Assembly (NCBI GenBank): GCA_050230475.1
Contig: JBFLGF010000043.1
Location: 62,001-96,946 of the forward strand
Source of the DNA: Ancylonema sp.
Taxonomy: Eukaryota
Length of the DNA stretch: 34,946 nt
Reading direction: 5' to 3'
Shown here piece after piece: positions 11,663 to 24,105 of the stretch. The notes under the pieces are model-generated. The model saw only the letters and a list, made by a program, of their open reading frames with translations. It did not search any database and had not been told where the DNA came from. The first letter of the stretch is position 1. Every line of letters begins with the position of its first letter. A program made the position numbers and the translations under genes.

Positions 11663-13194
11663 AAGATGGTCCCCGGCTCGTCCAGGACCAACAAGGCAAA
11701 CTTGTTATGGTTTTCTTTTTGTGTGTTTTTTAAAGTTTTTTAAAAGATGAACAAGTGTAGGGGTTACCAGGAAACAATCTTCACTACATTAATGCAAATA
11801 CACATGTTTATTGTATGATACAAAAAAACTCGTTATTCTTTATCCACTTCGGAGGCATACGTCGCCTAGGACCGTCTCGGGATCCTCTGGACGTGAGCGG
11901 GACAGATCCGGGTCCGAAATATCCTTGACACGTCCTGGATGCGGACGCGGTTGCCAAAAACAAGTTCCCCATAAACGACTACGTAAAACGCTCAGGCGTG
12001 CGATGAAGCGTGAATACTATTCATTACCATATAATAATGAATTATTGTCACTCCTTTTTCTTGAAGGTTAGCCCTGGTCATTTTTTATGTGTTGAATACT
12101 TTCAATCTCGTTTTTTGAATGTAGGGTTAGTGGGAGGCTCAAACACACCAAGTAAGGGCCTATGTTAGGGCAATACGCAATAAAAGGTAATGCGTATTGA
12201 CCCTTCGAAAAGAATACCGGAAAAAAACGCGTTTTCTGACCCGTAATGAGTATCGGTCGTTGTTTGCGTCCTGGGTAACCTTGCTTGTGACGGCACGGAA
12301 AAACATATGAAGACGTTTGGGACACGTATGGGTGTACTTGTCTACCCCTTTAATAAAAATGAGATACATCGTAAATCTACGATGTGAATTAATCAATTGC
12401 TTTAGTTCGTACATGAAGCCCACATAAGCGCACCGTACTTGCATAGACCGCGGACCGGGATGAGTACCCCATGGTTACATGGATCACGCACGAGGGTCTG
12501 AAAGGAGACGATTTCAAATCGAGGTCACCCTCTTAAAAGCCAATATTCTCAAATCAATCCCTTCAATTTTTAGGACTAGAATCCTTCACAAATAACGGTT
12601 CCTTTGATACCGCGGACTACTTGTTAAATATCCAAACTAAAAGTCTTTGCTCATAGGTGCACGCTATGTACAACCGGGGACGATTCAAACCTAGATTCAA
12701 CTGTACTCGTTACGCAACTTCTCTCAGCTAATTACAAATCAAGAAGTGAAGTGTCACCTAGAGCCGCATTGGTCGCTTAAAGTCGCTAAGCTACCACTCG
12801 TTGCCGATAATCAAGTCGGGGCCCGTACTCTAAGCCTATTGGGACGATTAAATATTATTGTCCTAACGAACCATTTTCATTTACTTGCTCACATGTCAAG
12901 GTCGTCTATTTGCCAGATGACGGCGTTTGTGTCATGGGCAACCGGGCAGCGTACACAATCGCAAAGCAAATGCCATAAACGATGACGAAGACACGCGTGT
13001 CATCAAATCCCAAGGCCACGTGGCGCCAACCAGACCAACCACTTCACATTGGCTCAGTGGCAACTACTGTTAGCTACGCGACGAACTAGTGCCTTTTTAA
13101 CTAGATACAACAAACCGTACAAGTCAAATCTCACAATCGCAAGATCGCCAGGCGAGTCCAACCAAGACTCTTTCCAAAATGGCGATTTGCAGAC

Positions 13195-15675
13195 CTAAAT
13201 AAGCAGCCACACCCAACTAATGCATGAGCCCAAAAGGCATCCCGCGCAGAGGGCGACCACCATGATGTTGCCGCAAGCATCCGCTTCTTCCTCTTTCACA
13301 CGTGTGGGCGCCAAGGTCATCAACCACCCCGTATAGATCCCGTCGCTCAACCCCAGAATAATCGTCAACAGAAACACGGGGGCTTCTGTGCGTAAGAAAG
13401 AGGGCCCTAGGAGGACGAGTGCAATAACGGGGTAGAAGAGACTGCGGGCACAGCAACTGGTTACAAGGAGGGGGAGGGAGGGGGCTGGAACGACGGTGGG
13501 GATCATGTTGCCGCTGAAATCCGACAGTTGGAATGTGCAAATTAGAAGGATAGGGAACCAATCGCCCAACTTGTCTGACGTTATACCTTCGGATATGAAA
13601 CCTGCAAGGGGAGAATACAACGAAGCACATTGTGACTCTTGTGTGCTCCAACCAATCTCTGTTGCGGCCGCCACTCTAACAATCTAATGTCAGAAAAGAA
13701 GCAGAACAAGCGGGGGGGGGAGGACATCTAGTGTGCCTTTGGAGGGTGACACTTGGCACACATTTGTGCTTCCTCGTGAATCGCTATTCAAGAAAATCAA
13801 ATGAGATTCCCATTCCCGTATACTAGCTTTCGATCTACATTCTATTCATGACGATCGACAACCAGACTCACTTTTACCACTCCTTTGCGACACAGTTCTC
13901 TTTGACTCTCTCTTAAGTAAAACGACACCTTCGTGCGGTAGTACAAGTAAGTAAGATATACCTACCCGGAAATAGGCTAATGGTGACTGTATACACGAGC
14001 GTGAGGGCGATGGCACACGGCCACACCTTGAGAAACACCTCCCGATAACTTGCATCCCCCTTGGGCTTGGGGGACCGCGCACGTCCCTCCGCGCTTAAAG
14101 AGGCAGCGCGTGAGAAAGTCTTCTTTGGACGCGATTGGATTTCTATGAGCAACGGAGGGCCATCGTTTTGCGGAGAGGGCGAGCGTAAGGGAGAGTGCGC
14201 ATTTTGCGCGTCCGTGTTTTTACTCGAGGCGAGCAAGGCACGGGATAACGTCTCGTAGTCTCCCGGCCATCGGTTGGATCCGAGTAACGAGAGTGGCGTG
14301 CCCTTCCTCTTCTCGTAGTGCACCATGATGGGGAGCGTGTGAAGGACGTGGCACCCGAGGATGCAGAGGGCGAGGAAGACGGCACTCACGCCAAAGTAGA
14401 GAGCGGCGCCGATACGAAGGCCCTGTGAGGTGTCTGGGAGGGCGATCTTAGTGACCGCTCGTGCGAGGGAGATGATGACACCTGGAATCAAGATCAAGGG
14501 AGATGATGACACCTGAAATCATGATCAATGAAGATCGAACTGTCCAAATGCAAAAAGGATAAGAGTGAGAGACTTGAGTATGGGGGCTCTGGCCAAGCTC
14601 CAGGTGTTGTATATACAATGTCGGTGACAATTTGCAATATCATAATATGCCATGTGATTTGACATCGTCTTCTTTCCCTGAGAACGGGTCGAGGTCTGCA
14701 CAACCTCCCTGGATCCACGTGGAGCTTACCAGAGGCACTAGTGCCCGCCACCAAGGCCTGCGTGTACTTTTCTGGCATTCCCCCAGCCATGCCAAACAGG
14801 CTCCCCTGAATGAGTGAATCAACTCCTCCACAGATCGCCACCACTGCCACTGTGACTGAAAAAAATAACAAAATAAACCTGAAGGGGCAACACGGAACAG
14901 AACCACGTGTCAGGCTCCCTTTTGACGCCCTTCCCCCTTTCCCCCTCCCCCCCCCCCCCGGCATCCCCCCACCCCCAAAAGACACTTGCGACCCTCGTCC
15001 ATTGTGTACAAATAGCACGTCCAGCACGGGTATCAATATTAAGAGACACAGGAATGCTATGAAGCCCACGAGGACTCGTTGTCGGGAGCTGGAATGACCG
15101 AACCTGCAAGGCCCGAGAAACAGGGATTGTTAACAGACTGCAACAGTACTCACGCATCTTGAAAGGGTTTGGATAGGAGACAGGTACAGCATAGAATCGC
15201 AAAAAACAGAGGAAGGAGTACTAGGAGAAGCGGTGGTAGTGATAGAAGCTCTGCGAATCAGGATAGATATTCCATTTACGCGAAGGACCCTACAGAGCTA
15301 GTCATCTGTCGTACGGTCACAAATTTCGTCACGATGAGAATGTGTCCTTAGGTTTCCCAAAAGGCTTGATAATAAAAAGAAACCAGAATAAAAAAATGAG
15401 GATAAAGAAGTTCTTCCTTACATGATCAGCAACGCCACCAGGAGAGCATTCGGGAGTGCGTAAACAGTACTGAAGACATAGTCTACGTGATATTCCGGGT
15501 ACAAAAAGGCGAAATAGTCGATTCCGGTAATGAAAGATTGAAAGGGGAACAAGAATCCTGCACCTAGCCAGAAGAAGATTAGATAAGCGACATGACCCGT
15601 GTCAGGAGGAGGATCCTCTCTCGAGGCAAAGCGAGAGAGAAGGGGAGCCCTCTGTATCGATTGAGAGCCCTGCAT
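13195..15675 (-). CDS. Equilibrative nucleoside transporter (ENT/SLC29 family, plant ENT1-like); complement(join(13195..13601,13966..14481,14730..14855,14973..15103,15422..15675)), about 477 aa
   Basis: AYLIFFWLGAGFLFPFQSFITGIDYF (TM1), QGSLFGMAGGMPEKYTQALVAGTSASGVIIS, VYTVTISLFPGFISE, LGLSDGIYTGWLMTLAP, C-terminal GSCISWVWLLI*. Four GT-AG introns, phase-compatible, 1434 nt. The start ATG at 15675 is the likeliest choice. Confidence 0.93.
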
Positions 15676-15747
15676 CTTCGTAAGAGCAGAAAGCAGGAGA
15701 TGCAAGTCCAGACCGCTGTTTACTTGACCAAGGATACGGTATCTGGT

Positions 15748-15989
15748 TTACGGACACTGGTGAAACCACTCGCCAGCAGCACCAGGTAGGAAGGAGGAAA
15801 AGTAGAGGACCGTATGGTCAGGATCGGAGACTCTTATAGGAGCCACCCGGATCTGGGTGCGCACTAGCCGTAGGAAGGTAGCCAGACTTGCAGAATCGCC
15901 TGTATACTTGTGTAGATCAGGAAGGACCATTTCTGATCCTCCGAGAAGTCTGTCATTCCCAGACTTCTCGGAGGTTTCTGGCATACGAC
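15748..15989 (-). mobile_element. Ty3/gypsy-type retrotransposon gag remnant, interrupted by the hAT insertion
   Basis: LPDLHKYTGDSASLATFLRLVRTQI...SDPDHTVLYFSSFLPGAAGEWF matches the gypsy capsid pattern (P..F/Y.G....L..FL ... V.Y..S.L.G.A..W). Confidence 0.7.
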
Positions 15990-16926
15990 TAGTGTTGTTA
16001 CCTCCGCGCCAACCGCGCGGCGACCAGCCGCGCAACCGTGCGGTGGCCGACCCCGTCCGCACTCACATAGGTAACGGGTGGCCCGCCCGGGTGGCTCTTG
16101 GCCAATCGCAAGCCAGCTCCCACCCGGGTGGGAAACTCCCACCCGGTAGGGGCGATTGGATGCAGTTGGGTGCGTCTGGGTTGCGGTAAGATGCGGTTGG
16201 GGATTTTTTTTTTTTTTTTTTAAACCCCTTTCCTTTTCTGTATTATCTCCCTTTCATTTAAGTAAAAATTGAATTAAATTACTAGTAAAATATGGCGCAT
16301 ACTGTTTTTCATATTTCAATATCTTTATATAATAAGTGAAAGGGTCCTTCCAGATACCTTTCGGTCCCTACAGCTACTTATCACTACTTATCCCGTGTTC
16401 ATTTTTAGAACCATCCACTATTCATCCCTTTCATTTATTCATTAGTGTTATTGTTGTAACTTTTATGTTAAACAATTCAATTATTTTACCACACTTGTTT
16501 ATTTCCATTTTCTTCTCATTTTCACACTACTCTTTATTTCAATGGAGCGTTTGTGCGAGGATTACAAGGGGATGTTGCAGCAATGTCTTTACATCATTTA
16601 ATCATCATTTAACAAGGTGATTCAAATGCAAATTTTATTCATATTGTCCTCTAAATAACCAAACTGGGCTGCATCATTTTTCTGTTTGCATTTATTCTAC
16701 GCCGAAGCTCAGATCTGGTGCTTCAACATCTTACAATCACATAAATAATCGCTACCCCATTTCTAATTCATCTCTCACACTCTGAACATATTCTAATCTC
16801 CCCTTCAACTTATTGGAAATAGAAACTACAATTCCCTTCCCACCATCATTGCACTATTGTAAATACAACATTGTTCCTTTTTCATCTATGCATTGAAAGT
16901 AGACTTGTTGCCTTTCATCACATAAC

Positions 16927-19887
16927 CTAAAATTCAAATATTTCAGCGAGTGTGTTCTTCCTTGTGCTCCACTGTCCACGAACAATCGGCGGACGGCGAG
17001 GGGTTGAGGTAGGGCCAGGGGTACTTGTTGGGCCGGAGGTAGTAGTAGGGCCAGGGTTGAGAATGTTTGATGGGGTTTGCGCTGGGGTAGGTTCAAGGAT
17101 AGGGGCTGGTGCAGGGGTGGAAACGGGTTCGATAGGGAGCTCTCCGAAGATGCCGTCCTCTCCCGCCTCGGTTGGTAACCATCCCCAATTGCGCATCACT
17201 GACTGGACAGTCTCTTCAGTTACAAGTGGGCTTGTAGTCGGGTCCTCTAGCTCTGCTTGGCTGGTTGGCTGCTCTGTAGAACTCTCAATCTGTAGGCGTA
17301 CACGCTCTTCCCCATGTCTGCTCCCCTCGGCTCTGTCAGGATGTTGATTGGTGGATCGGGGCTTTGGGACCCTTGGCACTGAACCACTCTGCCTCAACTC
17401 CATCCTCTTCCCATCGGCTCTGGTCATCGCCATCTTGAACACCTTCTCCCCTCCAATGCGGTTCCTGGCTAGTGTTAGGATGTTGCCCATCAGCGACCAC
17501 AGCCGCTCCACTGCTGCTGAGTGAGGCGCAATTGCCAGGATCCGTAGGGCCAGCCTGGCCAGTTCAGAGGCGGTCGCTTCTCACGTACTCCCACGTACTC
17601 ATCTTCCTGAAACTAGCCCTTCTTGTTCACGTAGTCCACAAACTGGCACTGGACCTCCTTGACCGACGGTGTGAAGCGCTTGTACACCTCGCCCACAAAC
17701 TTTTGCAGAGATGATGGCTGCCACATTCCGCATCTCATGTTCAGATGTAGGAGTCACTTCTCTGGTTGGAGGACATACGCGAGGACAAACACTTGTTGAT
17801 CCATTCCCGACCATCGCTTCTGCAACACATCAGTACAGAATCCTCCATAAGTATTGTACTTTAAGTCCCAGATAGTAGCCGAGGGCAGGGCAGAGGGTAG
17901 GGACAGAGCTGAGGGGCAGGCATAGAGACGAACCTCAATCGCTTCAAGCATCAAAGTCTGCACCTCCGGATTGTCCAATCCCATGAAGTGGTTGTACATG
18001 CTCCCCCAGCTTGAGAACACATCCCCAATCCTGGCTGTATCTTTCTCAAGATCCAGATTCTCGCACTTCAGAGGGTACACCACGTTTCAGACCTGAAAAC
18101 AAAACACCCGACTACTAAGTGTCCACAATGAAAACGGAAGCGAAACAGCAAGCAGATATACAACAAGCAGTTCATGGCTACTCACCCGTTCCAACTCTTC
18201 CGAAAACGCATCATCCTGGCAGCAATCGACAACCAACTTTGCCTTCTCTTTCAAGGCCGTCGATGGTGCTGTTGCAATGAAGCTGTCGCCTGACTCGAAA
18301 CACAGAGAGTAGAGCGCTCTCCGATTCTAACAAAAATTAAAAAGAAAAGTTAGTATTGGGTGCGAAGAGTTGTCAGTGGGTAGCAATGAGTGCCTTCCTC
18401 ACCGCAAGGAACTTCAGAGCATCCGCCATTGACCCCCGTCTGGTTGACACCGGGAGCTCCAAGGCAGTAACACGGTCCACCAGAAACTTGGACTTCATCT
18501 TCAGCTTCTCATACGCCGCGGTGTGGGCAATGAACCAGGTCATGATGCGCACTGCCTTGTCCACCGCCCCCGTGTAGACGTGTGAGGACTGTACAGATAG
18601 ACACAGTAGGGTGAGAAGATGAGTACTGGTCCATGGCGTCATAGCAAGCGCCCTCACCTTGAAGAAGTCTCCAGTCAACAATGACATCTGATGTGCAGCG
18701 CAGTCCAAGGACAGAATGTCAGGGCGTTGACTTGCAGTTTGACGCAACGTCAGACGTGATGCCATACACCTCGACGCCATAATCATGCTCGAGTCGATGC
18801 ACAACGTCCTTGATCGTCGTCGCCAGAAAATCACCAGTCTCACTGATGGCAGTAACGTTCTGGACATGGAAGGGAAACACCTGCAAGGAAGGGATGATAT
18901 TGTCATTATATCATTCATAGTGTACGGAAAACTAGACATGAAAGGAGATTGATGAAACGAAAGGACAATATCGTCATTGCATCATTCGTGGTCTCCTTTC
19001 GGACGAAGGTGTTTTGCATGGAAACTGTGTATGTGCAGATATCCTTCGTGATTAACATATCTCACGGTCGTTTGTTGTAGCGACAAATCCCAATGTCTGC
19101 TCTCGTTTTATGTTCCTCCACCCGTCAAAAGCGAGTGTCACTCCTGCGCAATATCATGACTTGTGCTTTAGCTACATAGTGCTTGTGCTTGCGCTTGCAT
19201 ATCGGCCAGAATCAACATACCTTCAGGAGCCTTAAGCTTCTTTCGCATCTCGTCGTCCACGTCTTGTGCCACTCGGTCGAGTACAGGGCCAGCCAAATGC
19301 TGACGTGACAGTAAAACTAGTGCCGGACGGATGGCATGGAACACATCCTTTGTGCTCTGCCTTTCCACGAACATGAACGGAATGTTGCCGTGAACGATCA
19401 TCTTCAGAAACTTGTTCTCAAAAGACTTCTTCTCGCCGCCTGCAAGGTCAGTGTCTTCAAGCGAAAAGTGAAGAGACTGTTGAGCCGGATCTGCTACCGA
19501 TTGCAGTCCACTTTTTCTTCGCCTGTGGCCAACGTTGAACTGAACCATGTACCTGTGGAGCTTCGCTTTGATCTTCGAGTCTTTGTAATAGGTGCAATGA
19601 GCAAGGTGCCGGATCATGTCTCTTCTCACGCCAGTACATTTCCACCCTACTCTGTTTTGAGGCCACTGATTCTTGGCTTTGCATGGTAAACAGACAGCCT
19701 TGAATGCTTTAGCATTAGCTTTTTCGTAACCTTTCCCATCGGGTCGGATGCGGTGCTCGTAGTTCTGGCCCCACAACTGCTTATCCACCTCCTCTTCCGT
19801 CAATAGTGTCCGACTTGTCTGCTCACTTCCTGATGGGAGGTCTGGAGACATCTCGAAGTCTGAGTCGTCAGATTCGTCCATATCCAT
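16927..19887 (-). pseudogene. Intron-containing hAT transposase (BED-like zinc finger, DUF659, C-terminal dimerisation domain), disrupted
   Basis: CLPCK...RHLAHC; NIPFMFVE...LAGPVLD; GVTLAFDGWRN (about 19080-19146); ITSDVASNCK; DCAAHQMSLL; LPVSTRRGS (TRW mutated); LALRILAIAPHSAAVERLWSLMG. A deletion at about 18728 relative to the second copy breaks the frame. Confidence 0.88.
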
Positions 19888-20627
19888 CAGTGTAGAGGAG
19901 AGGAGGGGGAGAGGATGAATGAGAGGAAGACGGCAAAAGAGTGTGTGGTGGACAAGAGGAGAGGTGTAGCAGTCAAGAAGAAAAGAAGAAGAGGACGGAC
20001 ATCACAGGAGTTGTATTGCAGGTGTCGGAGAACAAAAAAGGGAAGGATGGATCAGTTCGCAGAGAAGCCTCCCATAGATATACTACTGGTGCCTGCATCT
20101 AACTTCGATTGGTCGATTTTGGTTTCACGTGGTTCTTGATTTTTTTTTAAGAAATTCAAATTTGGACCCAACTTTTGAATTTGAAGTTATCAAACTCAAA
20201 AACTTTCGATGTTTTTCGCCAAATCGCCAACCGCCCAACCGCATCCCACCCGGGTGGCGCTCTCCCAACCGGGTGGCGGTTGGGATGCGGTTGGGGAATT
20301 GCCACCCGGGTGGGCCAACCGCAAACGGTTGGCTGCGGTTGGGCGCGGATGGTAATTTACCTACCGCGGTAAAAAATGCGGAGGTAACAACCCTAGTGGG
20401 GATAATATAACTCAAGGATTATATTCCGCCAGAAACCCGATACAACAGGTACGACGTTCGTGCTCAAGCAGACCAATAGATTTTGGTAGGTGGCCGAGCT
20501 GGATGCGTTCCGTTTTTCACGTGCTTGCATGCCCGTGCTCAGAGTAATCAATGAAATCTCTTTCATTCGCAGTACGGTCAGATCTCGCTAGCTGATTCTC
20601 ATGCCGCCTGCTACTCTTGTGCGTTCT

Positions 20628-20701
20628 TGTTAGAATATTTTGGATAGCCATATGTTATGCTTGCTAGTCGAGTTGTAACCGGTTACTCTAACCGGGAGCA
20701 N
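20628..20701 (+). mobile_element. 5' end of a copia family-A LTR truncated at assembly N
   Basis: TGTTAGAATATTTTGGATAGCCATA...GTAACCGGTTACTCTAACCGGGAGCA is nearly identical to the start of the LTR at 27087. N at 20701. Confidence 0.9.
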
Positions 20702-21028
20702 ATTTGGACCCAACTTTTGAATTTGAAGTTATCAAACTCAAAAACTTTCGATATTTTTCGCCAAATTGCCAACCGCCCAACCGTATCCCACCCGGGTGGC
20801 GCTCTCCCAACCGGATGGCGGTTGGGATGGGCCGATCCCCGGTGGGCCAACCGTAAACGGTTGGCTACAGCTGGGCGCGGATGGTAATTTACCTACCGCG
20901 GTAAAAAATGCGGAGGTAACAACCCTACATACGACACCTCCGCTGCGACAACTTGTCTGCAGCCCGCAGCACAAATCGCAGCCCGAACAGACGGCCGTCG
21001 GGCCGTCATGCCGTGCCGTGTCTGCTTA

Positions 21029-21505
21029 GGGCATCCGCTACCGCTGCCAGTGCCAATGTCAATTCGCGCGGTTAACCGCCAGAGTTGACACGTGGTGTCA
21101 ATTTCTGGCGCGTGCGGTAATATTGTATTTTCCCGTTGGCATTTGGCAAGCGCTACCGTGGTGACAAAATTTTGAATGTCAACGAATAAAGAGAGGCCCG
21201 CGATCCGAGATACGACGAAGCGCGACCCCTCGGAAGCGGAAGGGTCGCAACAACGATCGAAGTGAGTGTGCGTGGCAGTTTCTGATTGGCGGTCAATATC
21301 TGGCCAGTGCCAATTTGCGTGACAGTTTGGGCCCCGACTTGTCACGCGAATTGGCATTGTCACGCGGCGCAAGTCCCGATGATAAATCATTTGTCGGTGG
21401 ATCTGACATTGGCAGGCGGTAGTGCTTGCCAAATGACAATTCTGGGGCCCGGTTCGTGGCGCTAATCGAATTGGCATTGACAATTGGCAGCGGTAGCGGA
21501 TGCCC
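21029..21505. mobile_element. MITE with about 40-bp TIRs, PIF/Harbinger (Tourist)-like
   Basis: GGGCATCCGCTACCGCTGCCA... and ...TGGCAGCGGTAGCGGATGCCC form a perfect 21-bp inverted match that extends imperfectly. Flanks tta / gtaa. Internal TTGGCA and TGTCA repeats. Confidence 0.75.
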
Positions 21506-21703
21506 GTAAGGCCGTTGTCCACCGAAAGATGCTGACGGCCCGTGACCAACGTTTTTCGTATGTACAGGGCTTCCCTCGTTACAGTGCAGTCTTGATAAGT
21601 GACAAATTTATAGTATGGGGATTGTGACATTGTGATTTAATGTCACTATATCGAATGCTAGAGATGTCACTATACACTGTAGTGAGTAGCGCTAGGGATT
21701 GGT

Positions 21704-22698
21704 TGTTATAACGGATACGCCCCCGTTGTAGCCGGTAGGTTAGTGGCTCTCCGTCTTAGCCGGGCGTTATTTCATATGTTATAGGGTTACATGTTCACCC
21801 GTGTATTGCGGGCCTACAAGTCGGATCACGGTTGCTCGCCGCGCGTTGTGATTGGCTTAGGGTAAATTTGGTCGTAAGCGTTAAGTTCTAGAGTTTTGCG
21901 CTGATTTCGCACGAGCTGGGGTGCCTCGCGCACAGCACTAGAAGTAGGCCGGGAACAAACGGTGTACCCTAACTTTATCGATAACTTCCCGGAACCTTTA
22001 TTGTCTCCTCGCACGTATTTTGTGATATGCTTGATACCGCTGCACTGCGCTGCATTTAGGTTGGCAGGAATACCCATTAGCCCGATAGGTCGCCCAAGCT
22101 CACGGCGCTCCTAGGCACCCAACAGCTTCCATTGCCTTGGATGGTTTATCGAGAAAGTTAGTTCTATCAACTGGGTCTGAGCAAATGCGTAGAACCCATC
22201 CGCGACACACATGACGCTTGAATGTCATGGCGCCGTAGTACCGGTGGTCGTTTAGGGCGTAGTTTGTCAGACAACAATCTGGAGTCGGAGTGTGCAGATT
22301 CGGCAACTGACTCCTCAGCCGAACTACCAAACATCACATCACCGCTAGCGCCGCGGGTGATACTACCGAGATATCAAATTTTAGAAGAGGAAGAATCTGA
22401 GGACATGGGTAACACCATCAAACCGTATATCCGGGAATTTGGCAGCCACCAGTCCAACTTCATCACAGATGTCCGAGGCCTATACTACGAAGTCAGCCTG
22501 CGACCGGGACGCGTGAAGAAGGGCTACGGGGAAATAGAGTTCCCCAACTATGATCTGGCACCTTTCCTGGGAAACGACGCTCGCAAAGTGCTGGCGACAC
22601 ATGTCACAGAGCCGACGGCGGTCTTTCCACCAAGACATGCAGATCATCAGCAGTAGGCGGACAGAGCTGTTGCTCGTGCGGCTTGGATGCGATACCGG
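21704..22698 (+). mobile_element. Putative gypsy-type 5' LTR (21704-22227) + PBS + start of gag-like ORF, truncated by a copia insertion
   Basis: TGTTA...TGTCA immediately followed by TGGCGCCGT (22228; canonical 3'-CCA-type PBS, partly like tRNA-Asp), then an unidentified ORF (22222-22656). No second LTR to confirm. Confidence 0.45.
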
Positions 22699-22935
22699 TG
22701 TTGGAATATTTTGGATAGCCATATGTTCTGCTTGCTAGTCTAGTTGTAACCGGTTACTCTNAGATCGCAAATACGGAAGCACTGCTGAGCGCAATTATAC
22801 AGGCAGAGGCGGAGGACCTAAACGTATACGTCAAGCGTCTGCAGCAGCTGCACCAGGATCTAAAAAATCTAGGGGCGCCAGTATCTCCGACGAAGCAGGC
22901 GATCAACCTGCTGAACTCGTTAAACACGCATTACA
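22699..22935 (+). mobile_element. Copia family-A LTR start, N (22761), then copia gag (UBN2-type) fragment
   Basis: TGTTGGAATATTTTGGATAGCC... matches the LTR at 27087. After the N: IANTEALLSAIIQAEAEDLNVYVKRLQQLHQDLKNLGAPVSPTKQAINLLNSLNTHY, homologous to gag at 25280-25470. Confidence 0.82.
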
Positions 22936-22947
22936 GTTGTACCCCTA

Positions 22948-24105
22948 CCGAGGGCAGGGCAGAGGGTAGGGGCAGAGCTGAAGGGCAGGCATAGAGACGA
23001 ACCTCAATCGCTTCAAGCATCAAAGTTTGCACCTCCGGATTGTCCAATCCCATGAAATGGTTGTACATGCTCCCCCAGCTTGAGACCACATCCCCAATCC
23101 TGGCTCTATCTTTCTCAAGATCCAGATTCTCGCACTTCAGAGGGTACACCACGTTTTTGACGTGAAAACAAAACACCCGATTACTAAGCGTCCACAATGA
23201 AAACGGAAGCGAAATAGAAAGCAGATATACAACAAGCAGGTCATGGCTACTCACCCGTTCCATCTCTTCCCAAAACGCATCATCTTGGCGGCAGTCGACA
23301 ACCAACTTTGCCTTCTCTTTCAAGGCCGTCGATGGTGCTGCTGCAATGAAACTGTCGCCTGACTCGAAACACACTGACTGGAGCGCTCTCCGATTCTAAC
23401 AAAAAGTAAAAAGAAAAAGTTAGTATTGGGTGCGAAGAGTTGTCAGTGGGTAGCAAGGAGTGCCTTCCTCACCGCAAGGAGTGACTTCAGAGCATCCGCC
23501 ATTGACCCCCATCTGGTTGACACCGGGAGCTCCAAGGCAGTAACACGGTCCACCAGAAACATGGACTTCATCTTCAACTTCTCATACGCCGCGGTGTGGG
23601 CAATGAACCAAGTCATGATGCGCATTGCCTTGTCCACCGCCCCCGTGTAGACGTGTGAGGAGTGTACATACAGAAACAGTAGGGTGAGAAGATGAGTACC
23701 GGTCCATGGCGTCATAGAAAGCGCCCTCATCTTGAAGAAGTCTCCAGTCAACAATGACATCTGATGTGCAGCGCAGTCCAAGAACATAATATCAGGGCGT
23801 TCCTCCGCCACCTTCCCACGCCTTGACTTGCAGTTTGACGCAACGTCAGACGTGATGCCATACACCTCGACGCCATAATCATGCTCGAGTCGATGCACAA
23901 CGTCCTTGATCGTCGTCGCCAGAAAATCACCAGTCTCACTGATGGCAGTAACGTTCTGGACATGGAAGGGAAACACCTGCAAGGAAGGGATGATATTGTC
24001 ATTATATCATTCATAGTGTACGGAAAACTAGACATGAAAGGAGATTGATGAAACGAAAGGACAATATCGTCATTGCATCATTCGTGGTCTCCTTTCGGAC
24101 GAAGG
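22948..24105 (-). mobile_element. Second hAT copy, central transposase fragment
   Basis: Near-identical direct repeat of about 17879-19009. Retains STRWGS and the KVAEERPDI segment missing in copy 1. Confidence 0.92.

Larger units (their letters stand above)
15990..20927 (-). mobile_element. hAT-superfamily DNA transposon with 18-bp TIRs and 8-bp TSD (CATACGAC)
   Basis: Left TAGTGTTGTTACCTCCGC (15990) and right GCGGAGGTAACAACCCTA ending at 20927 (a further copy ends at 20395). CATACGAC at 15982-15989 and 20928-20935. GC-rich subterminal CCACCCGGGTGG and AACCGC repeats at both ends. Confidence 0.9.

Noticed and set aside
39..15675. Functional cluster of RPL18, eIF5B and ENT
   Set aside because: Ordinary housekeeping genes, separated by TE debris and an assembly join; no evidence of co-regulation.
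15938..15993. Helitron 3' end (hairpin followed by CTAG|T)
   Set aside because: The CTAG is created by the last TSD base plus the hAT TIR, and the hairpin is longer than typical.
20893..21630. 245-aa minus-strand ORF
   Set aside because: Runs through a MITE and the hAT TIR, with no domain signature.
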